Positions 17,217 through 26,492 of a stretch of DNA of 64,000 nucleotides are shown here, piece after piece. Within the stretch, counting starts at the first letter, position 1; the number at the start of each line of letters is the position of its first letter. A program made the position numbers and the translations under genes. The notes beneath the pieces were generated by a model. It did no database searches, had not been told where the DNA came from, and saw nothing but the letters and a program-made list of their open reading frames with translations. Origin of the DNA: Nitrospirota bacterium (GTDB taxonomy: Bacteria; Nitrospirota; Nitrospiria; 2-01-FULL-66-17); NCBI GenBank assembly GCA_049325335.1, contig JBMOMC010000002.1:224001-288000 (forward strand), written 5' to 3'.

Positions 17217-17674
17217 AAATCCAGACGAAACGTTTCGGTCCGATTCGGGTGGATGCGCACGCGGTCATCGAGTTGCCGAATGGGTTGATCGGATGGCCGT
17301 CGCTGACGCGATTTGCGCCGGTTGAGCGCGAGGACATCGGCATGTTCCGCTGGTGGCAGGCGCTCGATGCGCCCGAGGTCGCGGTGGTGGTGGTCGATCC
17401 GTTGCGCGTGGCGCCCGACTATGACCTGGCAAGTCTGGAACTGGACCTGATCGATCCGGCGCTCGGTGATCCCGCGTCGCGATCCGTGGTGGTGCTCGCG
17501 ACCGTCCCGCGGCCCATGCTGGAATCGGTGACCCTCAATCTCGCGGCCCCGATCGTGGTCAACACGGCCACGCGACAGGGGTGGCAACTCGTGCATCCCG
17601 ACGGCCGGTACGCGGTGGATACGCGTCTCGACGAGCTACTCTCCCCCAAACGCGTGTTGGAACTGGCCGCGTGA
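17213..17674 (+). CDS. fliW: Flagellar assembly factor FliW
   Basis: MKIQTKRFG...PNGLIGW...VVDP...[15 protein letters not shown] overlap with csrA. Confidence 0.9.
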   Translation: MKIQTKRFGPIRVDAHAVIELPNGLIGWPSLTRFAPVEREDIGMFRWWQALDAPEVAVVVVDPLRVAPDYDLASLELDLIDPALGDPASRSVVVLATVPRPMLESVTLNLAAPIVVNTATRQGWQLVHPDGRYAVDTRLDELLSPKRVLELAA

Positions 17675-18132
17675 GCGGGCCGTCACACCCGTTCGAGGCC
17701 ACGCTCCCGGCCTGGTGGGAGCCGGCCTGTCCCACCGACGCCGCGGTCGGCGCATCGGACCGGATGGTCCTCGTGCTCTATGCGGAGGCGTTGACCCGGG
17801 TGCGGATGGCGCGGACCGTCCCCCGGCCCGCCTCGCGCGACGTCCAGACCGTGTTGGGGATTCTCGCGGAGCTCTCAAACGCGTTGGCGATCCGGGATGA
17901 TCGCGACGCCGTAGGGGATCTGCTGTCGCTGTATTACTATATGACCCATCGATTAACCACGGCCGGCCACGACACCATTGCGTGCGCCTTGGCCGAGGTG
18001 GAACGGCTGTTCGTCACGCTGCAGGACGGGTGGATTCAGGTGTTGCAGGCGGACTCACTGGGAGGATTTCCCGACGCATGGGAATCCGACGACGCCCGCC
18101 CCGCATCGGCCGCCACCGTGTTGCCCCCGTAA
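17671..18132 (+). CDS. Divergent FliS-like flagellin chaperone
   Basis: VLVLYAEAL...ILAELSNAL...LLSLYYYMTHRL...LAEVERLFVTLQDGW matches the FliS helix pattern; GTGA overlap with fliW. Confidence 0.7.
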   Translation: MSGPSHPFEATLPAWWEPACPTDAAVGASDRMVLVLYAEALTRVRMARTVPRPASRDVQTVLGILAELSNALAIRDDRDAVGDLLSLYYYMTHRLTTAGHDTIACALAEVERLFVTLQDGWIQVLQADSLGGFPDAWESDDARPASAATVLPP

Positions 18133-18270
18133 GGAACGTTCTCCTCCATCGTCGTTACCGCGTCGGCGCCCTGATCGATTCCCGGCGTTGCCGCCCGCGC
18201 ACAGGCCCGGGCGATCTCTGCGGGCTGCGTCCGCGGTGACGACCGCTACCGTTGCAGGCAACGGAATTTA

Positions 18271-18298
18271 TTGACTTTTGATCTTCGATCCCTATACT
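18271..18298 (+). promoter_or_regulatory. Sigma70 promoter of the argS operon
   Basis: TTGACT-N16-TATACT. Confidence 0.65.
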
Positions 18299-18312
18299 AG
18301 GGGGCTACGTTT

Positions 18313-19992
18313 ATGCCTGCGACAGTGGCCGTTTCCATCAAAAAACGCGTGACGGAGGTCGTGGATCAAGCGCTCCGCCGCGCCCGATCCGCCGGAGATC
18401 TGCGCAGCGATCCGGTTGCGGCGTCGGTGGAGCTGCCCAAACGCGCGGGACGGGGCGACTACGCCACCACGGTGGCGTTGACCCTTGCGCCGAGTGAACG
18501 ACGCCCGCCCCAGCAGATCGCGGAAATCCTCAAAAAGTACATTGATCTCTCCGACCTGATCGCCGCCGTGGAGATCGCGGGACCGGGCTACGTCAATCTG
18601 ACCGTGCGCCACGAGGCGTGGCGGTCGATGATCCCGCAGACGCTCGGCGCCGGCGCGGAGTATGGACGGGGGGAGTCGTCCGGGCGGTCGGTGCAGGTGG
18701 AGTTCGTCAGCGCGAATCCGACGGGACCGCTGCACGTCGGACATGGGCGACTCGCGGCCGTGGGCGTGGCGTTGGCCAACCTGCTGGCGGCGGCCGGGGA
18801 TCGGGTGTCGCGCGAGTACTACATCAACGATGCCGGTCGGCAGATGCGGTTGCTGGGCGAGTCGGTCTGGGCGCGGTATTGCACGCTCGCGGGCCGTCCC
18901 ACGCCGGTTCCGGAGGACGGGTACCAGGGAGCGTACGTCGAGGAGATCGCACGCGCCGTTGTCGCGGATGTCGGTCCGCGGTATCTCGATGTCCCTCGCG
19001 ACGAGGCGCTTGCCGCGTTGACCGCCGCCGCGTATCAGCGGCTGTTGGAGGAAATTCGGGTGGATCTGGACGCGTTCGGCGTGTCGTTCGACGCGTGGAC
19101 CAGCGAACGCGCGTTGTTCGCCTCGGGCGCGGTGGACGCGGTGATCGACCGACTGCGCGCGCTCGGGTACATGTATGAAGCGGACGGCGCGTTGTGGTTT
19201 CAATCGTCGGCGTTGGGCGATGAAAAGGATCGGGTGGTGCGCAAGCAGGACGGCGAGTGGACCTATCTCGCGTCCGATTTGGCGTATCACCTCCAGAAAC
19301 TCGCCGGCGGGTTTCATGTCCTAATCGACCTGTGGGGCGCGGATCATCACGGCTACATTGGGAGGATCCGCGCCTTGTTTCGCGCGCTCGATCAGCCGGA
19401 AGAACGTCTCCGGGTGGAGATCGGCCAACTGGTCACCGTGGTCAGAAAAGGCAAACCCGTCCCGATGTCCAAGCGGGCGGGCACGTTCGTGACTCTTCGC
19501 GACGTGATCGACGAGGTCGGACGCGACGCCGCGTTGTTGACGTTTCAGATGCGCCGGCTCGACAGTCCGATGGAGTTCGACTTGGCGTTGGCCAAAGAGC
19601 AATCGTCGGAAAATCCGGTGTACTACATTCAATACGCCCACGCGCGGGTGGCGAGTATTCTGCGCGCGGCCGCGGAGCAGTCGTTGTTGTGGCAATCGGC
19701 GGGCGAGGCCGAGCTCGCGCGCCTGGAGTTGCCCGAAGAACTGGGGCTGCTCAAAGCGCTGGCCGCGTATCCCGACGTGATCGCGGATGCCGCGGCCGCC
19801 TACGAACCGCATCGCCTCGCGTATTTCCTCCAGGATCTGGCGGGGCAATTCCACGGGTACTACTACAAGCACCGGATCATCGGCGACGATCGGACCCAGT
19901 CGCTCGCGCGGGTGGCGTTGGCGGCGGCGGTCGGCGTGGTGATTCGCAACGGCCTGACCATCTTCGGCGTCTCCGCTCCGGACCGGATGTGA
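18313..19992 (+). CDS. argS: Arginine--tRNA ligase
   Basis: EFVSANPTGPLHVGHGR, GADHHGY, MSKRAG, YYIQYAHAR, C-terminal APDRM. Confidence 0.97.
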   Translation: MPATVAVSIKKRVTEVVDQALRRARSAGDLRSDPVAASVELPKRAGRGDYATTVALTLAPSERRPPQQIAEILKKYIDLSDLIAAVEIAGPGYVNLTVRHEAWRSMIPQTLGAGAEYGRGESSGRSVQVEFVSANPTGPLHVGHGRLAAVGVALANLLAAAGDRVSREYYINDAGRQMRLLGESVWARYCTLAGRPTPVPEDGYQGAYVEEIARAVVADVGPRYLDVPRDEALAALTAAAYQRLLEEIRVDLDAFGVSFDAWTSERALFASGAVDAVIDRLRALGYMYEADGALWFQSSALGDEKDRVVRKQDGEWTYLASDLAYHLQKLAGGFHVLIDLWGADHHGYIGRIRALFRALDQPEERLRVEIGQLVTVVRKGKPVPMSKRAGTFVTLRDVIDEVGRDAALLTFQMRRLDSPMEFDLALAKEQSSENPVYYIQYAHARVASILRAAAEQSLLWQSAGEAELARLELPEELGLLKALAAYPDVIADAAAAYEPHRLAYFLQDLAGQFHGYYYKHRIIGDDRTQSLARVALAAAVGVVIRNGLTIFGVSAPDRM

Positions 19993-21206
19993 TGGCGGCG
20001 CCGAGCCTGCACGCCGTGGCCGAGGTCGCGGGACCCGAAAGCGGACGCGACGCGACGCAGAAGCGCGCCTTCACGGTCCTGGCGGTGGACGCCGGCACGG
20101 GCGCGCGACGCGGTCGCTTGCGAACCGCGCACGGGGTGGTCGAGACGCCGGCGTTCATGCCGGTCGGCACATCGGCCGCGGTCAAAGGTCTGGATCCGGA
20201 CGACTTGGTCGCGGTCGGCGCGCAGATCATCCTCTCGAACACCTATCATTTGTGGCTGCGTCCGGGTCATCAGGTGATCGCCGACTTGGGCGGACTGCAC
20301 GAATTCATGGGCTGGTCCCGCCCGATCTTGACCGACAGCGGGGGCTTTCAGGTCTACAGCTTGGCGGGGTTACGGCGCGTGTCCGACGAGGGCGTCTCGT
20401 TTCGGTCGCACCTGGACGGGTCGCTCCATGAGTTGACGCCGGAGGGCGCGATCGAGATTCAGGACGCGTTGGGAGCGGACATCGTGATGGCCTTCGACGA
20501 ATGCCTCGCCTATCCCGCGAGCGAGGCGGAGGCCGCCGAGGCCTTACGCCGAACCACGGCGTGGGCGCGACGGTGCGCCGAGGTGCGCCGTCGCCGGCCG
20601 TCGCTGTTGTTCGGCATCGTGCAGGGCGGGTTTTCGCTCCGGCTGCGGGAGCGCGCGATCGCGGAGAGCGTGGCGGTCGGGTTCGACGGCTACGCGATCG
20701 GCGGCCTCTCGGTCGGGGAACCCAAGGCCGAGATGCTGCGCGTGATCGACCACGTGGCCCCGCGCCTGCCCGCGGACATGCCGCGGTACTTGATGGGCGT
20801 TGGCACGCCGGGCGATTTGGCGGATGCGGTCGCGCGCGGCCTGGACCTGTTCGACTGCGTGATGCCCACGCGGCACGCCCGCACCGGGTGGCTCTTTACG
20901 AGCGAGGGCCGCGTGTCGATCAAACACGCACGGTACGCGACGGACGACCGTCCGCTCGATCCCGCGTGCGCCTGCTCGACGTGCCGTCGGTTTTCGCGGG
21001 CGTATCTGCGACATCTATTCCAATCGAACGACCCCTTGGCCGTTCGGTTGCACACCATCCACAATCTGTCGTTTTATCTGGGGCTCATGGCCGAGATGCG
21101 ACGGGCGATCGAGGACGGTCGCTTCGGCGCGTGGAAGACGGCGGCCGACGCCGCGGCGTGGCGCCGAACCGACACGGTCGTTCAAGGAGAGGAGACGTCT
21201 GCGTGA
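19992..21206 (+). CDS. tgt: tRNA-guanine transglycosylase
   Basis: TPAFMPVGT, NTYHL, TDSGGFQV, GIVQGG, FDCVMPTR, CACSTC; TGATG overlap with argS. Confidence 0.97.
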   Translation: MAAPSLHAVAEVAGPESGRDATQKRAFTVLAVDAGTGARRGRLRTAHGVVETPAFMPVGTSAAVKGLDPDDLVAVGAQIILSNTYHLWLRPGHQVIADLGGLHEFMGWSRPILTDSGGFQVYSLAGLRRVSDEGVSFRSHLDGSLHELTPEGAIEIQDALGADIVMAFDECLAYPASEAEAAEALRRTTAWARRCAEVRRRRPSLLFGIVQGGFSLRLRERAIAESVAVGFDGYAIGGLSVGEPKAEMLRVIDHVAPRLPADMPRYLMGVGTPGDLADAVARGLDLFDCVMPTRHARTGWLFTSEGRVSIKHARYATDDRPLDPACACSTCRRFSRAYLRHLFQSNDPLAVRLHTIHNLSFYLGLMAEMRRAIEDGRFGAWKTAADAAAWRRTDTVVQGEETSA

Positions 21207-21598
21207 GGCAACGAGGATCATTCGTACGGAACACGGTATTTGGCGGCGCGGGGCTCGTGACGTGGGTTCCCGTTGCGTCGCCGGCCTACGCTCAAGACGC
21301 CTCGGCCCCGGCCGGTCCCCTGGGGCCGCTGTCGGGGTTTATCCCATTTCTCTTGATCATCGTCTTATTCTATTTCTTGCTCATTCTGCCCCAGCAGCGT
21401 CGAACGAAGAAGCTACGGACCATGCTCGAGGCGCTCAAAAAAGACGACAAGATCGTGACCACGGGCGGCATCTACGGAACGGTGAAGAGTTTGACCAAAG
21501 ACGCGGTCACGCTGGAAGTCGCCAAAGGCGTGGCCATGAAAGTGCGGCGTGACGCGGTCGCGGAGTTGCGGACCGGCGATGATGAGGACACGAAATGA
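21203..21598 (+). CDS. yajC: Preprotein translocase subunit YajC
   Basis: FYFLLILPQQRR, LKKDDKIVTTGGIYG; tgt-yajC-secD-secF synteny. Confidence 0.93.
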   Translation: MRQRGSFVRNTVFGGAGLVTWVPVASPAYAQDASAPAGPLGPLSGFIPFLLIIVLFYFLLILPQQRRTKKLRTMLEALKKDDKIVTTGGIYGTVKSLTKDAVTLEVAKGVAMKVRRDAVAELRTGDDEDTK

Positions 21599-23226
21599 AA
21601 CGGGGCGTCAAAGGACGGTTTGTGCTGATTGGGGTGACGGTGGTGGTGTCGACGATGTTTTTCCTCCCCTCGACGCCGTGGTTTCAGTCGTTGCCCGGGT
21701 GGTGGCAACGCATCATGCCGTCCAAGGGGATCACGTTGGGTTTGGATCTCCAGGGCGGGATGCACTTGGTGATGGAGGTCGACGTCGAACGGGCGGTGGA
21801 TAACGGTCTCGACCGGATGGCGCTCGACTTGGGGGATCGGCTCAAGGACCAGCAGGTCACCGCGACCGCGGCGCGCGAGGGGCGGTCGGTCGTGGTGACC
21901 ATGACCGACGCGGCGGACCGCGAAAAAATCTCCAAACTCGTGGATGAGGGATTCGGCGCGCTGACGGTCGGGGACCTCCAGGACCGGAAGCTGACGCTCG
22001 CGTTGCGCAGCGGCGAGGTCGAACGCGTGCAAAAGGCCGCGGTGTCGCAGTCGATCGAGACCATTCGCAACCGCGTGGACCAATTCGGCGTGACCGAACC
22101 GCTGATTCAGCTCCAAGGCGAGCGACAGATCCTGATCCAATTGCCGGGGGAAAAAGATCCGCAGCGCGCGTTGAGCGTGATCGGCAAAACCGCGCTCTTG
22201 GAGTTCAAACTGCTGGATGAGGACAGCCCGGTTGCCCACGAGTTGCCCGAGTCGGTGCCGGCCGAACAGGAGCAGGCGTGGCTGGCCGAGTGGCGCGCCA
22301 AAATTCCTCCGGGCGACGAGATCCTGTTCGAGCGGGTCTCGGAGGAGAAGGGGCCAGTCAGCAAGCGACCCTATCTGGTGAAGCAACGCGCCGCGATGAC
22401 GGGTGAGTCGCTGCGCGATGCGCTGGTGACGATCGGGGAGTTTAACGACGCCCAAGTGTCGGTCACGTTCGACGGCGCGGGGGCCGCGCAGTTTGAGCGC
22501 CTGACCGGGGAGAACGTCAAGAAACGCTTGGCAATCGTGCTGGATAACTCGGTCTATTCGGCTCCGGTAATCCAGGACCGCATTGCGGGCGGTCGCGCCC
22601 AGATTTCCGGGACGTTTACTATGGAGGAGGCGAACGACCTCGCGATCGTGTTGCGCGCCGGGGCCTTGCCCGCGCCCGTGCACGTGATCCAAAACGTCAC
22701 GGTGGGCCCGTCGCTCGGCCAGGACTCGATCGATGCGGGGATCCGCGCCGCCTGGATCGGCACATTGCTCGTGGTCGCGTTTATGGCGATCTATTACCGG
22801 CTGGCCGGCGTCATCGCCGACTTCGCTCTGGCGCTCAACGTGATTCTGCTGGTCGGCGCATTGGCCGCGCTCAATGCCACGCTGACGTTGCCCGGTATCG
22901 CAGGCATCATCCTGACGATCGGCATGGCCGTGGACTCCAACGTGCTGATCTTCGAGCGCATCCGGGAAGAGCTCCGCCAGGGCAAACCCGTACGCTTAGC
23001 CGTGGATGCCGGGTACGAGAAAGCGTTTCTCACCGTGGTGGATTCTCACGTCACCACGTTGATCACGGCCTTGGTGCTGTTTCTCTTCGGCACCGGGCCG
23101 ATCAAGGGGTTTGCGGTCACGTTGAGCCTGGGCGTCACGATCAATCTCTTTACCGCCTTGGTCGGCACCAAAGTCGTGTTCGATTTGATCAACTCCCGGG
23201 CTAAAGCGGCTCGGCTGAGCATCTGA
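21595..23226 (+). CDS. secD: Protein translocase subunit SecD
   Basis: LGLDLQGG, RNRVDQFGVTEP, GMAVDSNVLIFERIREE. Confidence 0.97.
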   Translation: MKRGVKGRFVLIGVTVVVSTMFFLPSTPWFQSLPGWWQRIMPSKGITLGLDLQGGMHLVMEVDVERAVDNGLDRMALDLGDRLKDQQVTATAAREGRSVVVTMTDAADREKISKLVDEGFGALTVGDLQDRKLTLALRSGEVERVQKAAVSQSIETIRNRVDQFGVTEPLIQLQGERQILIQLPGEKDPQRALSVIGKTALLEFKLLDEDSPVAHELPESVPAEQEQAWLAEWRAKIPPGDEILFERVSEEKGPVSKRPYLVKQRAAMTGESLRDALVTIGEFNDAQVSVTFDGAGAAQFERLTGENVKKRLAIVLDNSVYSAPVIQDRIAGGRAQISGTFTMEEANDLAIVLRAGALPAPVHVIQNVTVGPSLGQDSIDAGIRAAWIGTLLVVAFMAIYYRLAGVIADFALALNVILLVGALAALNATLTLPGIAGIILTIGMAVDSNVLIFERIREELRQGKPVRLAVDAGYEKAFLTVVDSHVTTLITALVLFLFGTGPIKGFAVTLSLGVTINLFTALVGTKVVFDLINSRAKAARLSI

Positions 23227-23234
23227 GGAGTCTT

Positions 23235-24155
23235 ATGTTCGAACTACTGGGCAAAACCAACATCGACTTTATCGGCAAACGCACCTATGCGTTCGCGCTG
23301 TCGGGCATTTTCGCGCTGCTCGGGGCGATTACCGTGGGGCAAATCGCGTTGGGCAAGGCAAACACCGGGATCGACTTTGCGGGCGGCACCGCGGTGCAAC
23401 TGCAGTTTGAGCAGCCGGTGCCGTTGGACGACGCGCGCGCATTGCTGGAACGCGAAGGCTTCCATGACGCGGAGCTGCAGCAATTTACGACCGGCAACAA
23501 GCTGCTCATTCGCGTGAAGAAACAGACCACGATTCAGGAAAAAACCGCGGACCGGTTGGTCGCCGTATTCAAGGCGGGGTTTGAATCCAATCCGTTCGTG
23601 GTGGACAGCACGACCGAGATCGGGCCGACGGTCGGCACGAAATTACAGCAGGACGCGGTCAAGGCGATCACTATCGCCATGATCGGAATCGTCATCTACA
23701 TCGCGCTGCGGTTTGAATTTCGCTTCGGCGTGGCGGCCGCGGTGGCCACGTTTCACGACGTGTTGGCGGTGCTGGGGATCATGGGCCTGATGGGGAAAGA
23801 AATCAATCTCTTGATCGTCACCGCGTTACTGACTCTGGCCGGGTACTCGTTGACGGATACCGTGGTGGTGTTCGACCGCATCCGGGAAAACTTGCGCACC
23901 CGGCGGCGGGACCCGCTGGCGCAAGTGATCAACCAGGGGATCAATCAAGTGCTCTCGCGCACGATCGTGGTGTCGTTGACGGTATTTCTGGTGTTGATCG
24001 CCCTGTTCTTTTTCGGGGGTGAAGTGATCCATGATTTTTCGCTCGCCCTGTTGATGGGCGTGGTGGTCGGCACGTATTCGTCGATTTTCGTGGCGAGTCC
24101 GTTGCTCCTGCTGTGGCCCGGCGCGCAAGGAAAGCTGCTGAAACGGACCGCGTAA
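23235..24155 (+). CDS. secF: Protein translocase subunit SecF
   Basis: GIDFAGG, FHDV, GYSLTDTVVVFDRIREN, GTYSSIFVA. Confidence 0.97.
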   Translation: MFELLGKTNIDFIGKRTYAFALSGIFALLGAITVGQIALGKANTGIDFAGGTAVQLQFEQPVPLDDARALLEREGFHDAELQQFTTGNKLLIRVKKQTTIQEKTADRLVAVFKAGFESNPFVVDSTTEIGPTVGTKLQQDAVKAITIAMIGIVIYIALRFEFRFGVAAAVATFHDVLAVLGIMGLMGKEINLLIVTALLTLAGYSLTDTVVVFDRIRENLRTRRRDPLAQVINQGINQVLSRTIVVSLTVFLVLIALFFFGGEVIHDFSLALLMGVVVGTYSSIFVASPLLLLWPGAQGKLLKRTA

Positions 24156-24217
24156 TCTCGATAGGGGCGGCGCGCCGGCGCGCCGACGGTGAGCGCGCGA
24201 GGTCTGGAACGCATGCC

Positions 24218-24844
24218 ATGTCTCCCGTGATCGCCATCATCCGACGCTGCGCCGTGGTGGGGGGCCTCGCCGTCCTCGTGGCCTGCGCGAGCCGTCCCCC
24301 GGTGTTCGATCCAGTGCCGCTGAGCGTCTCGTCCGGCGACCACGACGTGGTGGTACAGATTCAACCAATTGACACACAACTGGGCAGCGAGGACCGGCGG
24401 CGGTACGGCGTGGACTTTGGCGCGTATTTTTCCGCGTTTCGCGTGCGGGTGGAGAATCACACGAGCCATCCCGCAATGGCGGATCTGTCCCTATCCACAT
24501 TGGGTCCGGCGGACGGGCCGGTGACTGGCGTGTTAAGCGACGAAGAGCTGGTACAGGTCTATCGACGCGGCGGCCTGGACGAGGGCGCGGTGGAACTCAT
24601 CGCCAAGGCGCCGACCGTGGTCAAACGGGAACTCGAACAGATTCGCGCCGCGCGGATGCCGGTCGGTCGGGTAGACCCTGGCGGGTCGCTCGAAGGGGTG
24701 TTGTTTTTCCGTCCACCGTCCGGTCCGGAGTGCGCGCCGTCGGTGTTGACGATTCAGGGGATCGAGTTGCTCGACGCCCCCCAACGATTGGAGTTTGCGT
24801 TTCCGCTCGACCCGTGTGGGCGGGCCGAGCGGAACGCGGAGTAA
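24218..24844 (+). CDS. Putative lipoprotein, unknown function
   Basis: Signal peptide ending in lipobox LVA-C. Confidence 0.65.
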   Translation: MSPVIAIIRRCAVVGGLAVLVACASRPPVFDPVPLSVSSGDHDVVVQIQPIDTQLGSEDRRRYGVDFGAYFSAFRVRVENHTSHPAMADLSLSTLGPADGPVTGVLSDEELVQVYRRGGLDEGAVELIAKAPTVVKRELEQIRAARMPVGRVDPGGSLEGVLFFRPPSGPECAPSVLTIQGIELLDAPQRLEFAFPLDPCGRAERNAE

Positions 24845-24849
24845 TGCGG

Positions 24850-25008
24850 TTATCTCGAGGCGGCGTAGGATGCGTCTTTGTTCTTGTTTTCGAGGATCGT
24901 GTGATCAACGATCGATCCACAATTGACGCATTTCCAGGCGTAAAAGGTCAGGAAGTAGTCGGACAGCCGTTCGCTGTACATCATTCCACTGCACTTTGGA
25001 CAGGTCAT
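24850..25008 (-). CDS. Small zinc-ribbon protein (52 aa)
   Basis: MTCPKCSGMM...WKCVNCGSIVD (two CxxC); GAGGAG RBS upstream of ATG 25008. Confidence 0.8.
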   Translation of the reverse strand: MTCPKCSGMMYSERLSDYFLTFYAWKCVNCGSIVDHTILENKNKDASYAASR

Positions 25009-25075
25009 GAGTCGCTCCTCCGTGAGAGAAAATTCCTTGGGTCCGAGTGGCGCGTGTGCACGGATCGGGTAGAAA

Positions 25076-25092
25076 AGCAAGTGTTATGCCAA
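25076..25092 (-). promoter_or_regulatory. Sigma54 -24/-12 promoter
   Basis: Minus strand TTGGCATAACACTTGCT with exact GG-N10-GC spacing. Confidence 0.75.
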
Positions 25093-25192
25093 CATCGTCT
25101 CGCGCGGGAATGGCACGAAAGCGTGCTTTTGGGGTATAAGATGCAGTCAATCGTGCCGACTATGTCAGGCGTTTGACGTATGGTGTCAAAAA

Positions 25193-25930
25193 ATGTCCAC
25201 TGAGCCGCAATTCCGCCCAACCCGCAATGTCGCGCCACAGTCGTATCCGATCACGCAATGGCCGAACGACGAGCGCCCTCGGGAGCGATTGTTGGAGCGA
25301 GGAGCCGACGGGCTCAGCGACGCGCAACTGGTGGCGATCGTGCTCCGCACCGGGCGCAAACACCAAAGCGCCGTGGAGTTGGCGTCGCGCATGTTGGCGG
25401 AGTTCGGGGATTTGCACGGGCTGGCGCACGCCAGCGCCACGGAGTTGTGTCGAATCCACGGCGTGGGACCGGCCAAGGCCGCGCAACTCAAGGCCGCCCA
25501 GGAGTTGGGGCGGCGCGTGGCGTCGGTCCCGTGGCGGGCGGGCGCGCCGATCGAGTCCAGCGCCGTGGTGTTCGACCACTTCGGTCCGTTGTTAAAGGGG
25601 TTGAAGCAGGAACGGTTCATCGGCCTCTACTTGGACGGAAAACACCGCATCATCGTGGAACGCACGATTTCCGAGGGCAGTTTAACCGCCAGCCTCGTGC
25701 ATCCGCGTGAAGCGTTTGCGCCGGCCGTGCGCGCGTCCGCGGCCGGCGTGATTTTTCTGCACAACCATCCGAGCGGAGACGAGGCGCCCAGTCGGGAAGA
25801 CCGGGAGCTGACCTCGCGGCTGGCCGCCTGCGGTCGGTTGTTGGGGATCCCGGTGTTGGATCATCTGGTGATCGGGGCGGAGCGGTACTTTAGTTTTGCC
25901 GACCACCGCTTGATGGAGCCCGGCGCGTGA
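25193..25930 (+). CDS. radC: RadC/UPF0758 JAB-domain protein
   Basis: ERPRERL, GVGPAKA, VHPRE, HNHPSGDxxPSxED, LDHLVIG. Confidence 0.95.
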   Translation: MSTEPQFRPTRNVAPQSYPITQWPNDERPRERLLERGADGLSDAQLVAIVLRTGRKHQSAVELASRMLAEFGDLHGLAHASATELCRIHGVGPAKAAQLKAAQELGRRVASVPWRAGAPIESSAVVFDHFGPLLKGLKQERFIGLYLDGKHRIIVERTISEGSLTASLVHPREAFAPAVRASAAGVIFLHNHPSGDEAPSREDRELTSRLAACGRLLGIPVLDHLVIGAERYFSFADHRLMEPGA

Positions 25931-26145
25931 TCGAGCGACGCCAGGGCGAACGGCGTCAGGCCGAGCGCCGCAAGCCCGCCGACCGACGGCTGCGGCGGCG
26001 GCGCAGCGGCATGGATCGTCGGGTCGCGGTCCGCGCCATCACCTTCCCGGATCGGCGGTTCGCCGCGCGGCGCGGGCCCGACCGCCGGCGCGGGGATCGT
26101 CGCGGCGCCGTCCCCGCGCCCCCGCCGGAGCGCGGCCCCTCGTGA
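25927..26145 (+). CDS. Arg-rich (D/E)RR-repeat small protein
   Basis: GTGA overlaps with both neighbours; eight (D/E)RR motifs in 72 aa. Confidence 0.6.
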   Translation: MIERRQGERRQAERRKPADRRLRRRRSGMDRRVAVRAITFPDRRFAARRGPDRRRGDRRGAVPAPPPERGPS

Positions 26146-26453
26146 AACCCCGGAAACCGTCGCGCGTTCCCGGACGCGGGGGATCGAAGTCGCCGCGCCC
26201 CGCGCCCTCGTCCCGTCCCGCCGCGTCCAAACGCCTCCCGGCGCTGTCTGCCGAGGTGCGGGCGCTGCGGCTCGACATGGAGCGCGCGTCGGGACAGACC
26301 AAGGACATGATCCGGAAACTGGAGCGCCTGGCCTTGATGGTCGGTGAACTCCGCGACGCGGTGGCCGATCTGCAGGCCTCCCTCGGCGACGGCGACGTGG
26401 AGTACGGCGCGGTGGACGATACGGATTCCGAAATGGGGGAGGGCCATGCGTAG
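26142..26453 (+). CDS. Hypothetical coiled-coil protein
   Basis: Basic N-terminus, heptad core, acidic tail; translationally coupled to the upstream ORF. Confidence 0.6.
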   Translation: MKPRKPSRVPGRGGSKSPRPAPSSRPAASKRLPALSAEVRALRLDMERASGQTKDMIRKLERLALMVGELRDAVADLQASLGDGDVEYGAVDDTDSEMGEGHA

Positions 26454-26492
26454 CCTCCCGGACTCCGCCCGAGCGAACGGACGCTCCGCGGC

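Noticed and set aside
19257..21202. Long N-terminal extensions of Tgt and YajC (also WaaF, WaaC, LigA) in the ORF track
   Set aside because: These are longest-ORF artefacts; homology begins at downstream starts that overlap upstream stops or follow an RBS.
25111..25127. Plus-strand TGGCACGAAAGCGTGCT as a sigma54 promoter for radC
   Set aside because: GG-to-GC spacing is 11, not the required 10.
25193..25930. radC as a marker of a mobile element
   Set aside because: It is the full-length chromosomal form among core genes, with no integrase or att sites nearby.
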